A DNA stretch of 64,000 bases. Origin: Acutalibacteraceae bacterium. GTDB lineage: Bacteria > Bacillota > Clostridia > Oscillospirales > Acutalibacteraceae. A program made the position numbers and the translations under genes. Location of the stretch: the NCBI GenBank assembly GCA_036309465.1, contig JAXJTR010000092.1, positions 3,944 through 67,943 on the forward strand, given 5' to 3'. Within the stretch, counting starts at the first letter, position 1. Each line of letters begins with the position of its first letter. The notes under the pieces were generated by a model. That model saw only the letters and a program-made list of their open reading frames with translations. It had not been told where the DNA came from and searched no databases. Shown here in pieces: positions 8,831-18,086 of the stretch.

Positions 8831-11342
8831 AGAGTTAACCAAAGCCGAAAAAAAATATCAAAAGCAAATCCAAAAAAATGAAAAGGCTATGAGGGATTTA
8901 GCAAAAGCGAGAAGAACTACCGAGCGAATATTGCCATTCAAAAGGATATATCGAAATGTTATAGAGTGTAAAAATCATATGTTTTTAGATATATTGAAAT
9001 TTAGAACTAAGGACTTGACCAACATTTCTGAAATGGACATAACTGGTGATAATGCTCAGATACAGAAGTTCCTAAAAATGTATTCAGATGATTGTAAAAT
9101 TGTAGGGATTAATTTTCCTACAAATACTAAAGGACAACAAGCTTATTACCATCACAAAATTAATATTGAAAAAAACCCTTTATACAAAGAAGTTTTGCAA
9201 GAAAAACTTGAGCAGTTAGAACAGGTTGAAAAAGAAAGTACCGATAGGGAATATTTTCTTTTTGTTTATGGAAAAACATTTGAAGATGTAACTAATAACA
9301 AAAACATTGCATTAAGCACTCTCGGTAATCCAACACAACTCATAAGTGAAATACCACTGTATGAAAAATTACAGTGTATTTTCAAAATGACAAATAAATG
9401 CACATCAATGTTTAATGATGAGCAGTTACCACAAAGAATAATAAGAGATGATAGTGAGGAACAAATTCGTAAAAAAGGTTATGATGCGTATTTATTAGAA
9501 ATTTTACAGCCTAGAGGTGGTATTAGTTTTAATTTTTCTGATTGTGTACAAACAGGTGATGGTTTTGAAACCTGTCTGTATATTTATGATTATCCAACAT
9601 CTGTAGATAGACATTGGCTCACATATATAATGAATATAACAGGAGCAATAACAACTATTGACATAAAGACATTAAATAAAGATGAGGTAAGGAAAAACCT
9701 TAACCGTTCTGTAGGCGAACAGCGAAGCAGATATAATATGGCAAAGAACATAGAAGAAACTATGGATGCTGAGAAACGTTGGCAAGAACTTGTTGACTTG
9801 TACAACGAACTAGCTACAATGGGTGAAGTTGTTAAAAGTATAGTTGCAAGAGTATATTTGTCGGCAAAAACAAGAGTAGATTTAGAAAATATAAAAAAGG
9901 ATATTAAAAATTATCTTGATGGTAATGAGTACAAGTGTTGTGTTAATCTTAACGAGCAAGAATATGAATGGAGAAGTATGTTTTTACCTAAATCATCACA
10001 GGATGATGGATTTATACTTAATAAACGTGAAGGACAGTCTATAACTTCACAGGTTATAGCGGTTGGCAATCCGTTTCATTTTTCTTCTTTAAATGATAAA
10101 TATGGTTCGTTGTTGGGAAAAACATCAAGTACCGATATTGCTGGTAACGTTATTTTTGATTGTTTTAATGTCAGCAACGTAAGAACTTCTTATAACGCTG
10201 TTGTTACTGGTCTTATGGGTATGGGTAAATCTACTATCCTTAAAAAAACCATAAGAGATAGAGTTGTAAGAGGTGATTATGTAAGAGTAGCTGATGTGGT
10301 TGGTGATTTTATTGAGGAAGCTAAGATGATGGGAGGAACTGTTATCAAATTAGATGGTAGCAGTGGTATTATTAATTTGCTTCAAATAATGGCTACACGA
10401 GAAAACGAAGAACAGTCTTATGCTATGCACATTAATAAGATAAAAAATATGTATAATTTCTTATCACCAAACTGTTCAGATACAGAAAAAATGTGTTTTG
10501 AAAGTTTAGTTACAGACCTTTATGTAAAAAAAGGGTTAATACCGCAAAATAAGACGGTTACTGGTATTCAAGTTACAGGACTTCCTAATGATGTGTACCC
10601 AACACTAAGCGACTTGTTGAGTTTTGCAAAAGAAAAGTTTGAAAAAGAAAATCAACAAGATACAAAAATACTTTATAGAAATATAGTATTTGTATTAGAA
10701 AAAATGTGTACTACATATTCGGCTATTTTTGATGGACATACTTCCGTTGCTGATGTTCTTAATGAACAATTTGTTGTTTATGATTTATCAAGTCTTGCTA
10801 ACCTTGATACAGGTGTTTTTGATGCTCAACTGTTCAATGTATTAACATTGTGCTGGGCTAATGCTGTCAAAATAGGCACAAATGAAAAAAGCAAATATGA
10901 AGATGGTGAGATAAATCTGGCTGAAGTAAAACATTTCTTATTGTTGTTAGACGAAAGCCATAAGACCATTAATGCAAATAAGCCTTATGCTGTGGAACAG
11001 GTATCAGTTTATGCTAGAGAAGGAAGAAAGTTTTTCGCTGGAATATGGCTTGCATCACAGTCTATGAATGACTATTATCCAGACAGTACAGTTGATGCAA
11101 AAAGTGTAGAGCTAATAAAGACACTATTCGCACTTGCTCAATATAAGATTATATTTAAACAAGATGTATCAATGCTAAATAAGTTGACACAAACCCTTGG
11201 TGGTAATTTAACTGCAACCGAAATTGAAAGCATACCGACTCTTGAACGAGGAGAATGTGTTATGTCTACAGGAGAAGAAACATTAAGATATAAAGTTATT
11301 TGTACCCCAGATGAGCTTGCTATGTTCAAGGGTGGCGTATAA
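8817..11342 (+). CDS. virB4: VirB4/TrsE-family conjugation ATPase
   Basis: Walker A is GLMGMGKST and Walker B is FLLLLDESH. Size is ~840 aa. ATG 8817 lies 11 nt after AGGAG; the listed GTG 8805 is less likely. Confidence 0.85.
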   Translation: MRENKELTKAEKKYQKQIQKNEKAMRDLAKARRTTERILPFKRIYRNVIECKNHMFLDILKFRTKDLTNISEMDITGDNAQIQKFLKMYSDDCKIVGINFPTNTKGQQAYYHHKINIEKNPLYKEVLQEKLEQLEQVEKESTDREYFLFVYGKTFEDVTNNKNIALSTLGNPTQLISEIPLYEKLQCIFKMTNKCTSMFNDEQLPQRIIRDDSEEQIRKKGYDAYLLEILQPRGGISFNFSDCVQTGDGFETCLYIYDYPTSVDRHWLTYIMNITGAITTIDIKTLNKDEVRKNLNRSVGEQRSRYNMAKNIEETMDAEKRWQELVDLYNELATMGEVVKSIVARVYLSAKTRVDLENIKKDIKNYLDGNEYKCCVNLNEQEYEWRSMFLPKSSQDDGFILNKREGQSITSQVIAVGNPFHFSSLNDKYGSLLGKTSSTDIAGNVIFDCFNVSNVRTSYNAVVTGLMGMGKSTILKKTIRDRVVRGDYVRVADVVGDFIEEAKMMGGTVIKLDGSSGIINLLQIMATRENEEQSYAMHINKIKNMYNFLSPNCSDTEKMCFESLVTDLYVKKGLIPQNKTVTGIQVTGLPNDVYPTLSDLLSFAKEKFEKENQQDTKILYRNIVFVLEKMCTTYSAIFDGHTSVADVLNEQFVVYDLSSLANLDTGVFDAQLFNVLTLCWANAVKIGTNEKSKYEDGEINLAEVKHFLLLLDESHKTINANKPYAVEQVSVYAREGRKFFAGIWLASQSMNDYYPDSTVDAKSVELIKTLFALAQYKIIFKQDVSMLNKLTQTLGGNLTATEIESIPTLERGECVMSTGEETLRYKVICTPDELAMFKGGV

Positions 11343-11401
11343 TTAAAAGTACACCATAGTCATAAAAGTGGCTATGGTGTTTATTGAAAGAAGGGCATTT
11401 T

Positions 11402-12631
11402 GTGAACAATGAAGAATATGAGCAATTAATTAATGCTACAAGGACTACAGGGAAAGCAATAGGTGCTACAGTTGATACTGCAAGAAAAACAGGAAAAACT
11501 GCCGTGGGTGTAATGAAATGGTTAAAAAGAATTGTCATTACTATTATGTCTTTTATTATTTCAACTTTTGGAATTGCAATTATCGTGGCTATTGCAACAG
11601 TAGGACTTATATTAAATATATTAGTTGGTTATGTGTCTACTGAGGAAGATACATCCATTGTTGAAAATGAAATTCCAATTTTAGCATCAATGTCAAATGA
11701 AATCTTAAAAACACCCAACACGACCTTAGAAATGATGATACCATCAATTAATTTTAAGTTGTATCCAAATGTATCACCACAGACAAGAGTACCGAATGAT
11801 TGGTCTACACTATATGTTGGAACATTAATGTTAGCGTGTGATACTGACTTGGAAAACGTTAGATGGGATATTAATTGTAGGAATTGGTATGTTAGTCTAT
11901 GGAACAATGCCGAGATAACTATAATTGATGGTAATGTTCATCCAAATGTAGGGGATATTCTTTTTTATGAAGATAACGGAAAAAAAGTAGGAATAGTATT
12001 GGAAGTAAAAAATAATTATAAGAACTACATATACGAGGTTGCTACTGTATTGTCCAATAACAGAGGGGATATGGTTGTAACGAAAACTACTGTGTATTCT
12101 GATTATGCTCAGCGTGGTAAGGGTGGTTTTTATGAATTTAACCGTACTGATGAAAGCATATTTAATGTGCGAAAGGAAGCTCCAAAGTATAGTAATACAA
12201 GATATTCTACAGGTAATTATTTTAATGATAATGAAGCACAACGAATGTTTGACGATAATAAAAATTTAATTGGTGGTAATTCTGCTTATGTATGGGGACG
12301 TTGCTATGAAGTTTATGGTAATTTTTTTATTACACACACAGGATTGCCTGTAAGAAAGCCATCTGGTCAATGGTATGATTATTCAACAAAAGATAAGGGT
12401 AGTCTTGCACGTGCTGGTTCTGTAGGAGTGTGGAGAAAAGGTAATACTGGTGGTTTTGTAGCATTTGTAGAGAATGTCAAGAATAACGGTGACATAATGA
12501 TTTCTTATTCTATACGTTCTAATGATGAGAAAAAGCAATTTGTATACAAGAAACTTGAAAAGAAAAATGGCACATATCCTGTAGATGGATATGAATTTGA
12601 AGGCTTTATTTATATAGGGGGAAAAGAATAG
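11402..12631 (+). CDS. Membrane-anchored cell-wall hydrolase-like protein (NlpC/P60-like + CHAP-like regions)
   Basis: N-terminal TM present. GDILFYEDNGKKVGIVLEV resembles the NlpC/P60 core. WGRCYEVYG...GGFVAFVENV resembles CHAP Cys...GHVAxVE. The start is uncertain (GTG 11402 after AAGAAGGG, or TTG 11384). Confidence 0.5.
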   Translation: MNNEEYEQLINATRTTGKAIGATVDTARKTGKTAVGVMKWLKRIVITIMSFIISTFGIAIIVAIATVGLILNILVGYVSTEEDTSIVENEIPILASMSNEILKTPNTTLEMMIPSINFKLYPNVSPQTRVPNDWSTLYVGTLMLACDTDLENVRWDINCRNWYVSLWNNAEITIIDGNVHPNVGDILFYEDNGKKVGIVLEVKNNYKNYIYEVATVLSNNRGDMVVTKTTVYSDYAQRGKGGFYEFNRTDESIFNVRKEAPKYSNTRYSTGNYFNDNEAQRMFDDNKNLIGGNSAYVWGRCYEVYGNFFITHTGLPVRKPSGQWYDYSTKDKGSLARAGSVGVWRKGNTGGFVAFVENVKNNGDIMISYSIRSNDEKKQFVYKKLEKKNGTYPVDGYEFEGFIYIGGKE

Positions 12632-13182
12632 TGAATGAACTTATAAAGCAATATATAAAAAAACACAGATTAACTATCGCTATTTATATATTCTTAATTG
12701 TGATATGCTTTTCGCTCTGTTTTAAGTATCAAGAACAACTGAATATTAATAGACAACTATCTGATGAACTATCGGCAAAAAATCAAAAAAATTCAAGTGA
12801 TGTTGTAAACGATAATGATTATAATGCGAAACTTGAAATTGAGGTGCTAATAAGAAATTATGCTGATGTATATTATGAGTGTGATAATAACACTAAGTTA
12901 AAGTATAAAGAAAATCAATATAAGCAACTTGTAACAGAAAACTGGTTTGAACTTAGTAGAAGTGAGTTTGATTTAATGTTTTTTATTCCAGAAAAAACAG
13001 TTATTTCTATTGATAATATTGATGTTTATTGTGGAAAAATTTATTCCACAAAGGCTACAGCAGTAAGTGTTATAGAGGTCAAAACAGAAAATCGTTCTGG
13101 TTATACTAAAACTAAGATTTATGAAAAATATCAGTTGGTTAAAGAAAAAGGCGAATGGCTTATTGATAAAGTAGAAACATAA
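12631..13182 (+). CDS. N-terminally anchored hypothetical T4SS-associated protein
   Basis: One TM (LTIAIYIFLIVICFSLCF) followed by a soluble domain. Translationally coupled to the upstream gene. Confidence 0.55.
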   Translation: MNELIKQYIKKHRLTIAIYIFLIVICFSLCFKYQEQLNINRQLSDELSAKNQKNSSDVVNDNDYNAKLEIEVLIRNYADVYYECDNNTKLKYKENQYKQLVTENWFELSRSEFDLMFFIPEKTVISIDNIDVYCGKIYSTKATAVSVIEVKTENRSGYTKTKIYEKYQLVKEKGEWLIDKVET

Positions 13183-13265
13183 GTGTGAAAAAATCGACAA
13201 TTATATTATAAAAAAATATTGTATAATATTAAAAAGAGCTTGTCCTAAGAGAGGATTAATGTGAT

Positions 13266-13430
13266 ATGATGCAAAAAAACAATGATACTATTGTAAAAAA
13301 AGTAATACACTATCGACGATTACGAAAGTTAGGGATATGTCTAATGATATTATCACCAATTATATTTGTCTTGGTGTTTGTGTTGTTAGGTATGTATTAC
13401 TGTTTTATTACAGGTGCTAATTTTATTTAA
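13266..13430 (+). CDS. Small membrane protein (54 aa), absent from the ORF track
   Basis: ATG follows AGAGAGGA. Translation is MMQKNNDTIVKKVIHYRRLRKLGICLMILSPIIFVLVFVLLGMYYCFITGANFI, read by hand. Confidence 0.4.
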   Translation: MMQKNNDTIVKKVIHYRRLRKLGICLMILSPIIFVLVFVLLGMYYCFITGANFI

Positions 13431-13448
13431 TAGAAGGGAGAGAATATC

Positions 13449-14465
13449 TTGCTAAATTTACTAAAAGGAAATAAATCAAGTGAAGTAGACGTAAATAATA
13501 AAGATGATGTTGTTATATCGCAAAGCACGAGCTTTTACAGCAGTGGAGATAAAATAACCACAATTTATGTAATTATTGCTCTTGCAATAATAACTGGGTA
13601 CATAATTTTTTTTACTTCACCATATTGGTTGGGTGGAGTTGATAAAGAGAATGTAGCAATTACACAAATAGGTGAACCAGTTGAAGATATGTTAGGAAAA
13701 AAGTTTACAGTTGAAAACTGGGAATATTGTGAAGCCAGCCAAGAGATGATATTAGAAGTGTCTATAGAAAATTTAGTTTTTGATGGCATTAACGAATATC
13801 AATATTATGGTGATGCTAAAATAACATCTGGAGAAGTAAAAGAATGTACATCTGAAATTGTATATAAAGAAAATGGCTTTAATGTTATAAAAATAAGTGA
13901 TATACCAAAGGAAATGCAAGTAATGACAGTAACTGTTGCTTATGAAAGTAATGTTGATGTAGAGGGGAATGAATTAGAGACCCCTGCATTATATGGTGCT
14001 TATCTTTGTACTAGTAAAGAGGCTGTGACGAAAAAGGACAAAATAAAGATATTAGATAAGAAAGGATATAAAATATCTTCATTAGAAAGAATAATTAAAA
14101 ATAATGAAATGGAGATAAATGAACTAAACGCTGAAATATCTAAACAGGAAAAGTCACAGAAAGAAATACTTAACACGATTGAAATATATTGTACATCCAA
14201 GGAAAACACGATACAAGATGAACAATCTAAAATTGATAAGAAGATACAAGAATGTGAAACACATTATGAAAGTATAAGTTCACTTATATTGGATTGTAAA
14301 GCGAGAATAAGTGAACTTGAAGAAAGCATAGAACAAGCTAAGTCAAATATAGACATATTGCAGGGTAAAGAAAAAGCAACCGAAAAAGTAAATCGTATTG
14401 AAGATGAAAATATTTCAGATGAAGATACAGAAAAATATACAGAACAATATGAAAGTAAATCTTGA
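13449..14465 (+). CDS. Membrane-anchored coiled-coil protein, unknown function
   Basis: TM is VIIALAIITGYIIFF. C-terminal third is E/K/I-rich and heptad-like. TTG start after GAAGGGAGAG. Confidence 0.55.
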   Translation: MLNLLKGNKSSEVDVNNKDDVVISQSTSFYSSGDKITTIYVIIALAIITGYIIFFTSPYWLGGVDKENVAITQIGEPVEDMLGKKFTVENWEYCEASQEMILEVSIENLVFDGINEYQYYGDAKITSGEVKECTSEIVYKENGFNVIKISDIPKEMQVMTVTVAYESNVDVEGNELETPALYGAYLCTSKEAVTKKDKIKILDKKGYKISSLERIIKNNEMEINELNAEISKQEKSQKEILNTIEIYCTSKENTIQDEQSKIDKKIQECETHYESISSLILDCKARISELEESIEQAKSNIDILQGKEKATEKVNRIEDENISDEDTEKYTEQYESKS

Positions 14466-14481
14466 TTATGGGGTGATTAAA

Positions 14482-15771
14482 ATGTTTAAGAAAATAATTA
14501 CAGGAATATTAGCGTTTAGTTTTCTATTGACAATAGGTTGTAAAAATGATGAAATAGAACAGGAGAATTTAGAATTAAATCCTACGGAGATAGCAACAAG
14601 TGGTGTTTTTGTCCCAAAGCGAGAAATAGAAGATGTAAAACAAATGCCAACAGATTATGATGGGGAAAGTGCCTACTATAATTACTTCGGATACTTATTT
14701 CCATTTACAAGATTATCACTAAGGACTGTTGAAATGAATGACGTAGGTTATGTGTATCAGTGTTATAATAACGCTTATTGCTACGCTATTTCCTCACCAG
14801 CAACATTTGGTGACAATCAAACGCTCAAAACATTAGATGGTATAGTAGATAAATGTTATAATGCGACATTTGATTGTATAACTAGTGGAGAATTTGTAAA
14901 TTATCCGATTTCTAATGACAAAAATGACACGAAAATAACTTTTGAGAGTGAAGAAAAGTTAACAATAGGAGAAATAGAATGTGTAAAGGCTAGAGGTACG
15001 GTTGTTGATAATTACAATCAAACCTATCTGTTTATTACAGGATACTACTTTCTAACAGAAGTTTACGAAGAAAGTTATCCAATGTTTGTTGTATGTGCAG
15101 AAAGATATACGGATGCAAACGCTAGTAAGGGAACATCCACAGTAGAATGGTTTACAGAACAAATGTTGCAGAATACAAAGAAACATTCGTATAACAAGGC
15201 TAAGATATATGAAAAAGACGAATTTAATACTACATCAGAATTAAAAGATATAATAACAAATGACAGATTGCTAACAGTTAAATACCCAAGTTCATTTGCA
15301 AATATAAAAAATAGAATAACAAGTTTTGGGAGATTATTTATGACGGATGGTAGTATACTTATTTCATCTAGTCCAACATCTAGTGTAGTTGATGAAAATA
15401 ACATCTCAAATAAACAACTTGAAGAAGAAATGAACAGAACTAATTTACCAGCAAATGATATGTTAGCGTTTCCTTCAAAAATAGTAGATATTGATACAGC
15501 AGAAAAAGTAAGAGTAGGAAATAAAGAGTGCATTAAGATAACAGGGGTATTGTCGGTACACGATGGTGGAGATACAAGTCTTATAATAGGAAGTTTTGAT
15601 TTTATAGGTTATTATCACGAAAAACAAAATGAAGAATACAAAGCTTTTACTTATGGTGTGTCATATAGTGAAGAAGGACACGAGCCACCTGTTATAAAAA
15701 AACAACAAATAGATATGCGATATGTGGATGATTGTATAAAAAAGTTGATTGAACAAACTGAGGCTAATTGA
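14482..15771 (+). CDS. Lipoprotein, unknown function
   Basis: MFKKIITGILAFSFLLTIGCKND carries a lipobox (LTIGC). ATG 14482 follows GGGGTGA; the listed upstream extension overlaps the preceding gene. Confidence 0.65.
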   Translation: MFKKIITGILAFSFLLTIGCKNDEIEQENLELNPTEIATSGVFVPKREIEDVKQMPTDYDGESAYYNYFGYLFPFTRLSLRTVEMNDVGYVYQCYNNAYCYAISSPATFGDNQTLKTLDGIVDKCYNATFDCITSGEFVNYPISNDKNDTKITFESEEKLTIGEIECVKARGTVVDNYNQTYLFITGYYFLTEVYEESYPMFVVCAERYTDANASKGTSTVEWFTEQMLQNTKKHSYNKAKIYEKDEFNTTSELKDIITNDRLLTVKYPSSFANIKNRITSFGRLFMTDGSILISSSPTSSVVDENNISNKQLEEEMNRTNLPANDMLAFPSKIVDIDTAEKVRVGNKECIKITGVLSVHDGGDTSLIIGSFDFIGYYHEKQNEEYKAFTYGVSYSEEGHEPPVIKKQQIDMRYVDDCIKKLIEQTEAN

Positions 15772-15784
15772 GAGGATAAATAAT

Positions 15785-16897
15785 ATGAAACGAGTGATTT
15801 ATTTCGGAAGAAAAGAAGATGGGTATTTTGTTGAAGAAACAGCCCATCAATATGGTTGTGAAGTTATGTGCAGTGGTTATGTAGCTTCTGGAAACACAAT
15901 ACTTGAAAGAACGCTTAGTGATAATTATGAATATGTAGTAATTGATGTTAAAGACACATTAATATCTCCAGCAGAAATGTACGAGATAATACGTCAAATA
16001 AAAATAGCCTGTCCTGACATTAAGATAGCTATGATAGGTGCTGGGATGTCAATGACAATGGCTATTATTCAAGCTTCTATCGAAGCTGGTGTTGATAATC
16101 TCATTCTTTCTACATATCCAACTCAGATAATGAGCGACTGTGCAACTTTTTTAGAAGGAAAATCAAATATAGATGAAAAGAAAACTGAATTAAATCAACC
16201 TACTCATACTATAAAGACACAACCATTTGTAAAAATAAACATAGAAAGAAAAACCATAGGAGTGGCAGGGGGATTAGGAAGAACAGGAACAACAACGCAA
16301 GCAATGCAATTATGCAAATATCTCCAGCTTAAAGGTAAAAAAGTGTGTTATGTGGAGATGAATAATAATGGTTTTGTTGATATGGTAAGGACAATATTTA
16401 GTGAAGGAGTGGAAGAAAATAATATACAAGGATATATAACCTATGGTGGAGTAGATATGTATGCTAAAGGTGATAATATTGATGAAATTCTTAATTATAA
16501 TTACGAATACTATGTGTGTGATTATGGTGCATACAACTCATCTGATTTTCTAAAAACATCATATTTTGAAAAAAATATTAAAATAATGGTTTTAGATGTT
16601 TCACCATTAGCACTAACTATATTTCCATCTTTTTTGGATGACTTATATCCTAAAAAAATAAATTACATATTTAACCTCGTACCAGATAAGAATATAGATG
16701 ATGTTTATGAAATGATGGAAGATAGGGCGAAAGATACATATATTGCAGGCGTATCTGCTGATATGTGGAATTTGAACGTTAACAAAGATATTTACGAGAA
16801 AATAATACCAATAACTGATGAAAGCACACAATTAGAAACACCAACAAAGAAGGGTACTATCTTTGATAAAATTAGAATAATGAGGGGTAAAAAATAA
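15785..16897 (+). CDS. ParA/MinD-superfamily-like protein with a degenerate P-loop (TadZ/CpaE-like architecture?)
   Basis: IGVAGGLGRTGTTTQAM sits where a Walker A is expected but has no GK[ST]. About 175 aa of N-terminal domain precede it. Confidence 0.4.
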   Translation: MKRVIYFGRKEDGYFVEETAHQYGCEVMCSGYVASGNTILERTLSDNYEYVVIDVKDTLISPAEMYEIIRQIKIACPDIKIAMIGAGMSMTMAIIQASIEAGVDNLILSTYPTQIMSDCATFLEGKSNIDEKKTELNQPTHTIKTQPFVKINIERKTIGVAGGLGRTGTTTQAMQLCKYLQLKGKKVCYVEMNNNGFVDMVRTIFSEGVEENNIQGYITYGGVDMYAKGDNIDEILNYNYEYYVCDYGAYNSSDFLKTSYFEKNIKIMVLDVSPLALTIFPSFLDDLYPKKINYIFNLVPDKNIDDVYEMMEDRAKDTYIAGVSADMWNLNVNKDIYEKIIPITDESTQLETPTKKGTIFDKIRIMRGKK

Positions 16898-17187
16898 TGG
16901 CATTTAACTCTGGCGTTTCTAAATATCTTGAAACAAAACAAAAAGAAGAAGAACAAAAAAAATTAAGAACAAAATATGAAACAGACGAAAATGTATTGGT
17001 AGTTGAGAAAAGCAATACTTTGAAATTCATATTGAAGCTAGTGATAAATGGAACACAATTAGTAGCAACAGTTCTATTGATATTACTAGCAACAATAGGA
17101 TTGCTTGGATTGATTTATCCAGAAACAAGACAAGCCTATACAAACATACTCAGTCAAATATTAAATCAACTACAAGATTTTATTTAG
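16897..17187 (+). CDS. Small membrane protein
   Basis: K/E-rich N-terminus followed by one long TM (LVATVLLILLATIGLLGLIY). ATG overlaps the upstream stop. Confidence 0.5.
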   Translation: MAFNSGVSKYLETKQKEEEQKKLRTKYETDENVLVVEKSNTLKFILKLVINGTQLVATVLLILLATIGLLGLIYPETRQAYTNILSQILNQLQDFI

Positions 17188-17317
17188 AATAAGGAGAGTT
17201 TTGCTTACTCAATATAAAGAACGCTTTTACACAACTATTTAGTAAACTGCAAGATAAAGATTTATGAAGCCGACTTATTATCAATGATACATTAAGTCAA
17301 GATAAAGGAGTGAGTAG

Positions 17318-17749
17318 ATGGAATATATGGAGATACATCATAAATTGTATGAGCTTAATTATAATAATAGAAATTGCTCATTTCCATTGCTGGTAACCCT
17401 TAACGGAGAATTAAGGCTGTTATGGTTTTATACCGACACTCAAGATGCTGAAAAAGGATATGCAAACATAACCATAAAAGAAATAGTAGTTATATCTGAG
17501 AATATGACTTATACAAAGATAGAAACCAATGATACTGTTAAGGTAGAAAAATTCATTAACGGAGTTATGGATATATCTGGATATGACTATATTAATCTGT
17601 TACTGACAATGTGGGAAAGAAAAACTGACGATAATTATGACTTAGATAAAGAACTACAAAACTTGTATAAACGAGTAATACTTAAAGTTATGAAACCTGT
17701 ATACGAAAAAGCATTGGAAGTAGCAAAGAATAATAAGCTGATAGATTAA
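17318..17749 (+). CDS. Hypothetical protein
   Basis: RBS is AAAGGAGTGAG. Followed by an intrinsic terminator. Confidence 0.55.
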   Translation: MEYMEIHHKLYELNYNNRNCSFPLLVTLNGELRLLWFYTDTQDAEKGYANITIKEIVVISENMTYTKIETNDTVKVEKFINGVMDISGYDYINLLLTMWERKTDDNYDLDKELQNLYKRVILKVMKPVYEKALEVAKNNKLID

Positions 17750-17779
17750 AGAACCACAAATGCCATTATTTTGAAAAAA

Positions 17780-17813
17780 GCAACAAGCAGATTTTCTCTG
17801 CCTGTTGCTTTTT
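17780..17813 (+). terminator. Intrinsic terminator after the 17318-17749 gene
   Basis: GCAACAAGCAG / CTGCCTGTTGC stem with one A-C mismatch, followed by TTTTT. Confidence 0.65.
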
Positions 17814-17838
17814 ATAAATTGAGATAAGTTTAATAAGC

Positions 17839-17870
17839 TTTTTGCCATAAGGCAAAAAAACGTGAAAAAA
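17839..17870 (-). promoter_or_regulatory. Palindromic box TTTTTGCC-ATAA-GGCAAAAA with adjacent CGTGAAAAAA (copy 1 of 4)
   Basis: Same composite motif occurs at 31758-31789 and, inverted, at 55525-55557 and 55622-55654. Confidence 0.6.
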
Positions 17871-17919
17871 ACGATAACATATTTTATACAGTTATGTTAT
17901 TATATTTAAGGGTGAAAAT

Positions 17920-18060
17920 ATGGAATTATATTATATAGGGGATATATTAATTGTTACAATAATAATATGTGCGTGTCTTTTTATTTGCGGTATTGTTATT
18001 ACATTAATTTCAATTTTTAATTTAATAAAACTAAGAAGAACTATAAAACAACAAAAATAA
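17920..18060 (+). CDS. Small hydrophobic peptide (46 aa) upstream of topB
   Basis: Translation is MELYYIGDILIVTIIICACLFICGIVITLISIFNLIKLRRTIKQQK. RBS is AAGGGTG. Not in the ORF track because it is under 60 aa. Confidence 0.35.
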   Translation: MELYYIGDILIVTIIICACLFICGIVITLISIFNLIKLRRTIKQQK

Positions 18061-18086
18061 TTCAGGAATGAGGCAAATTACATATT

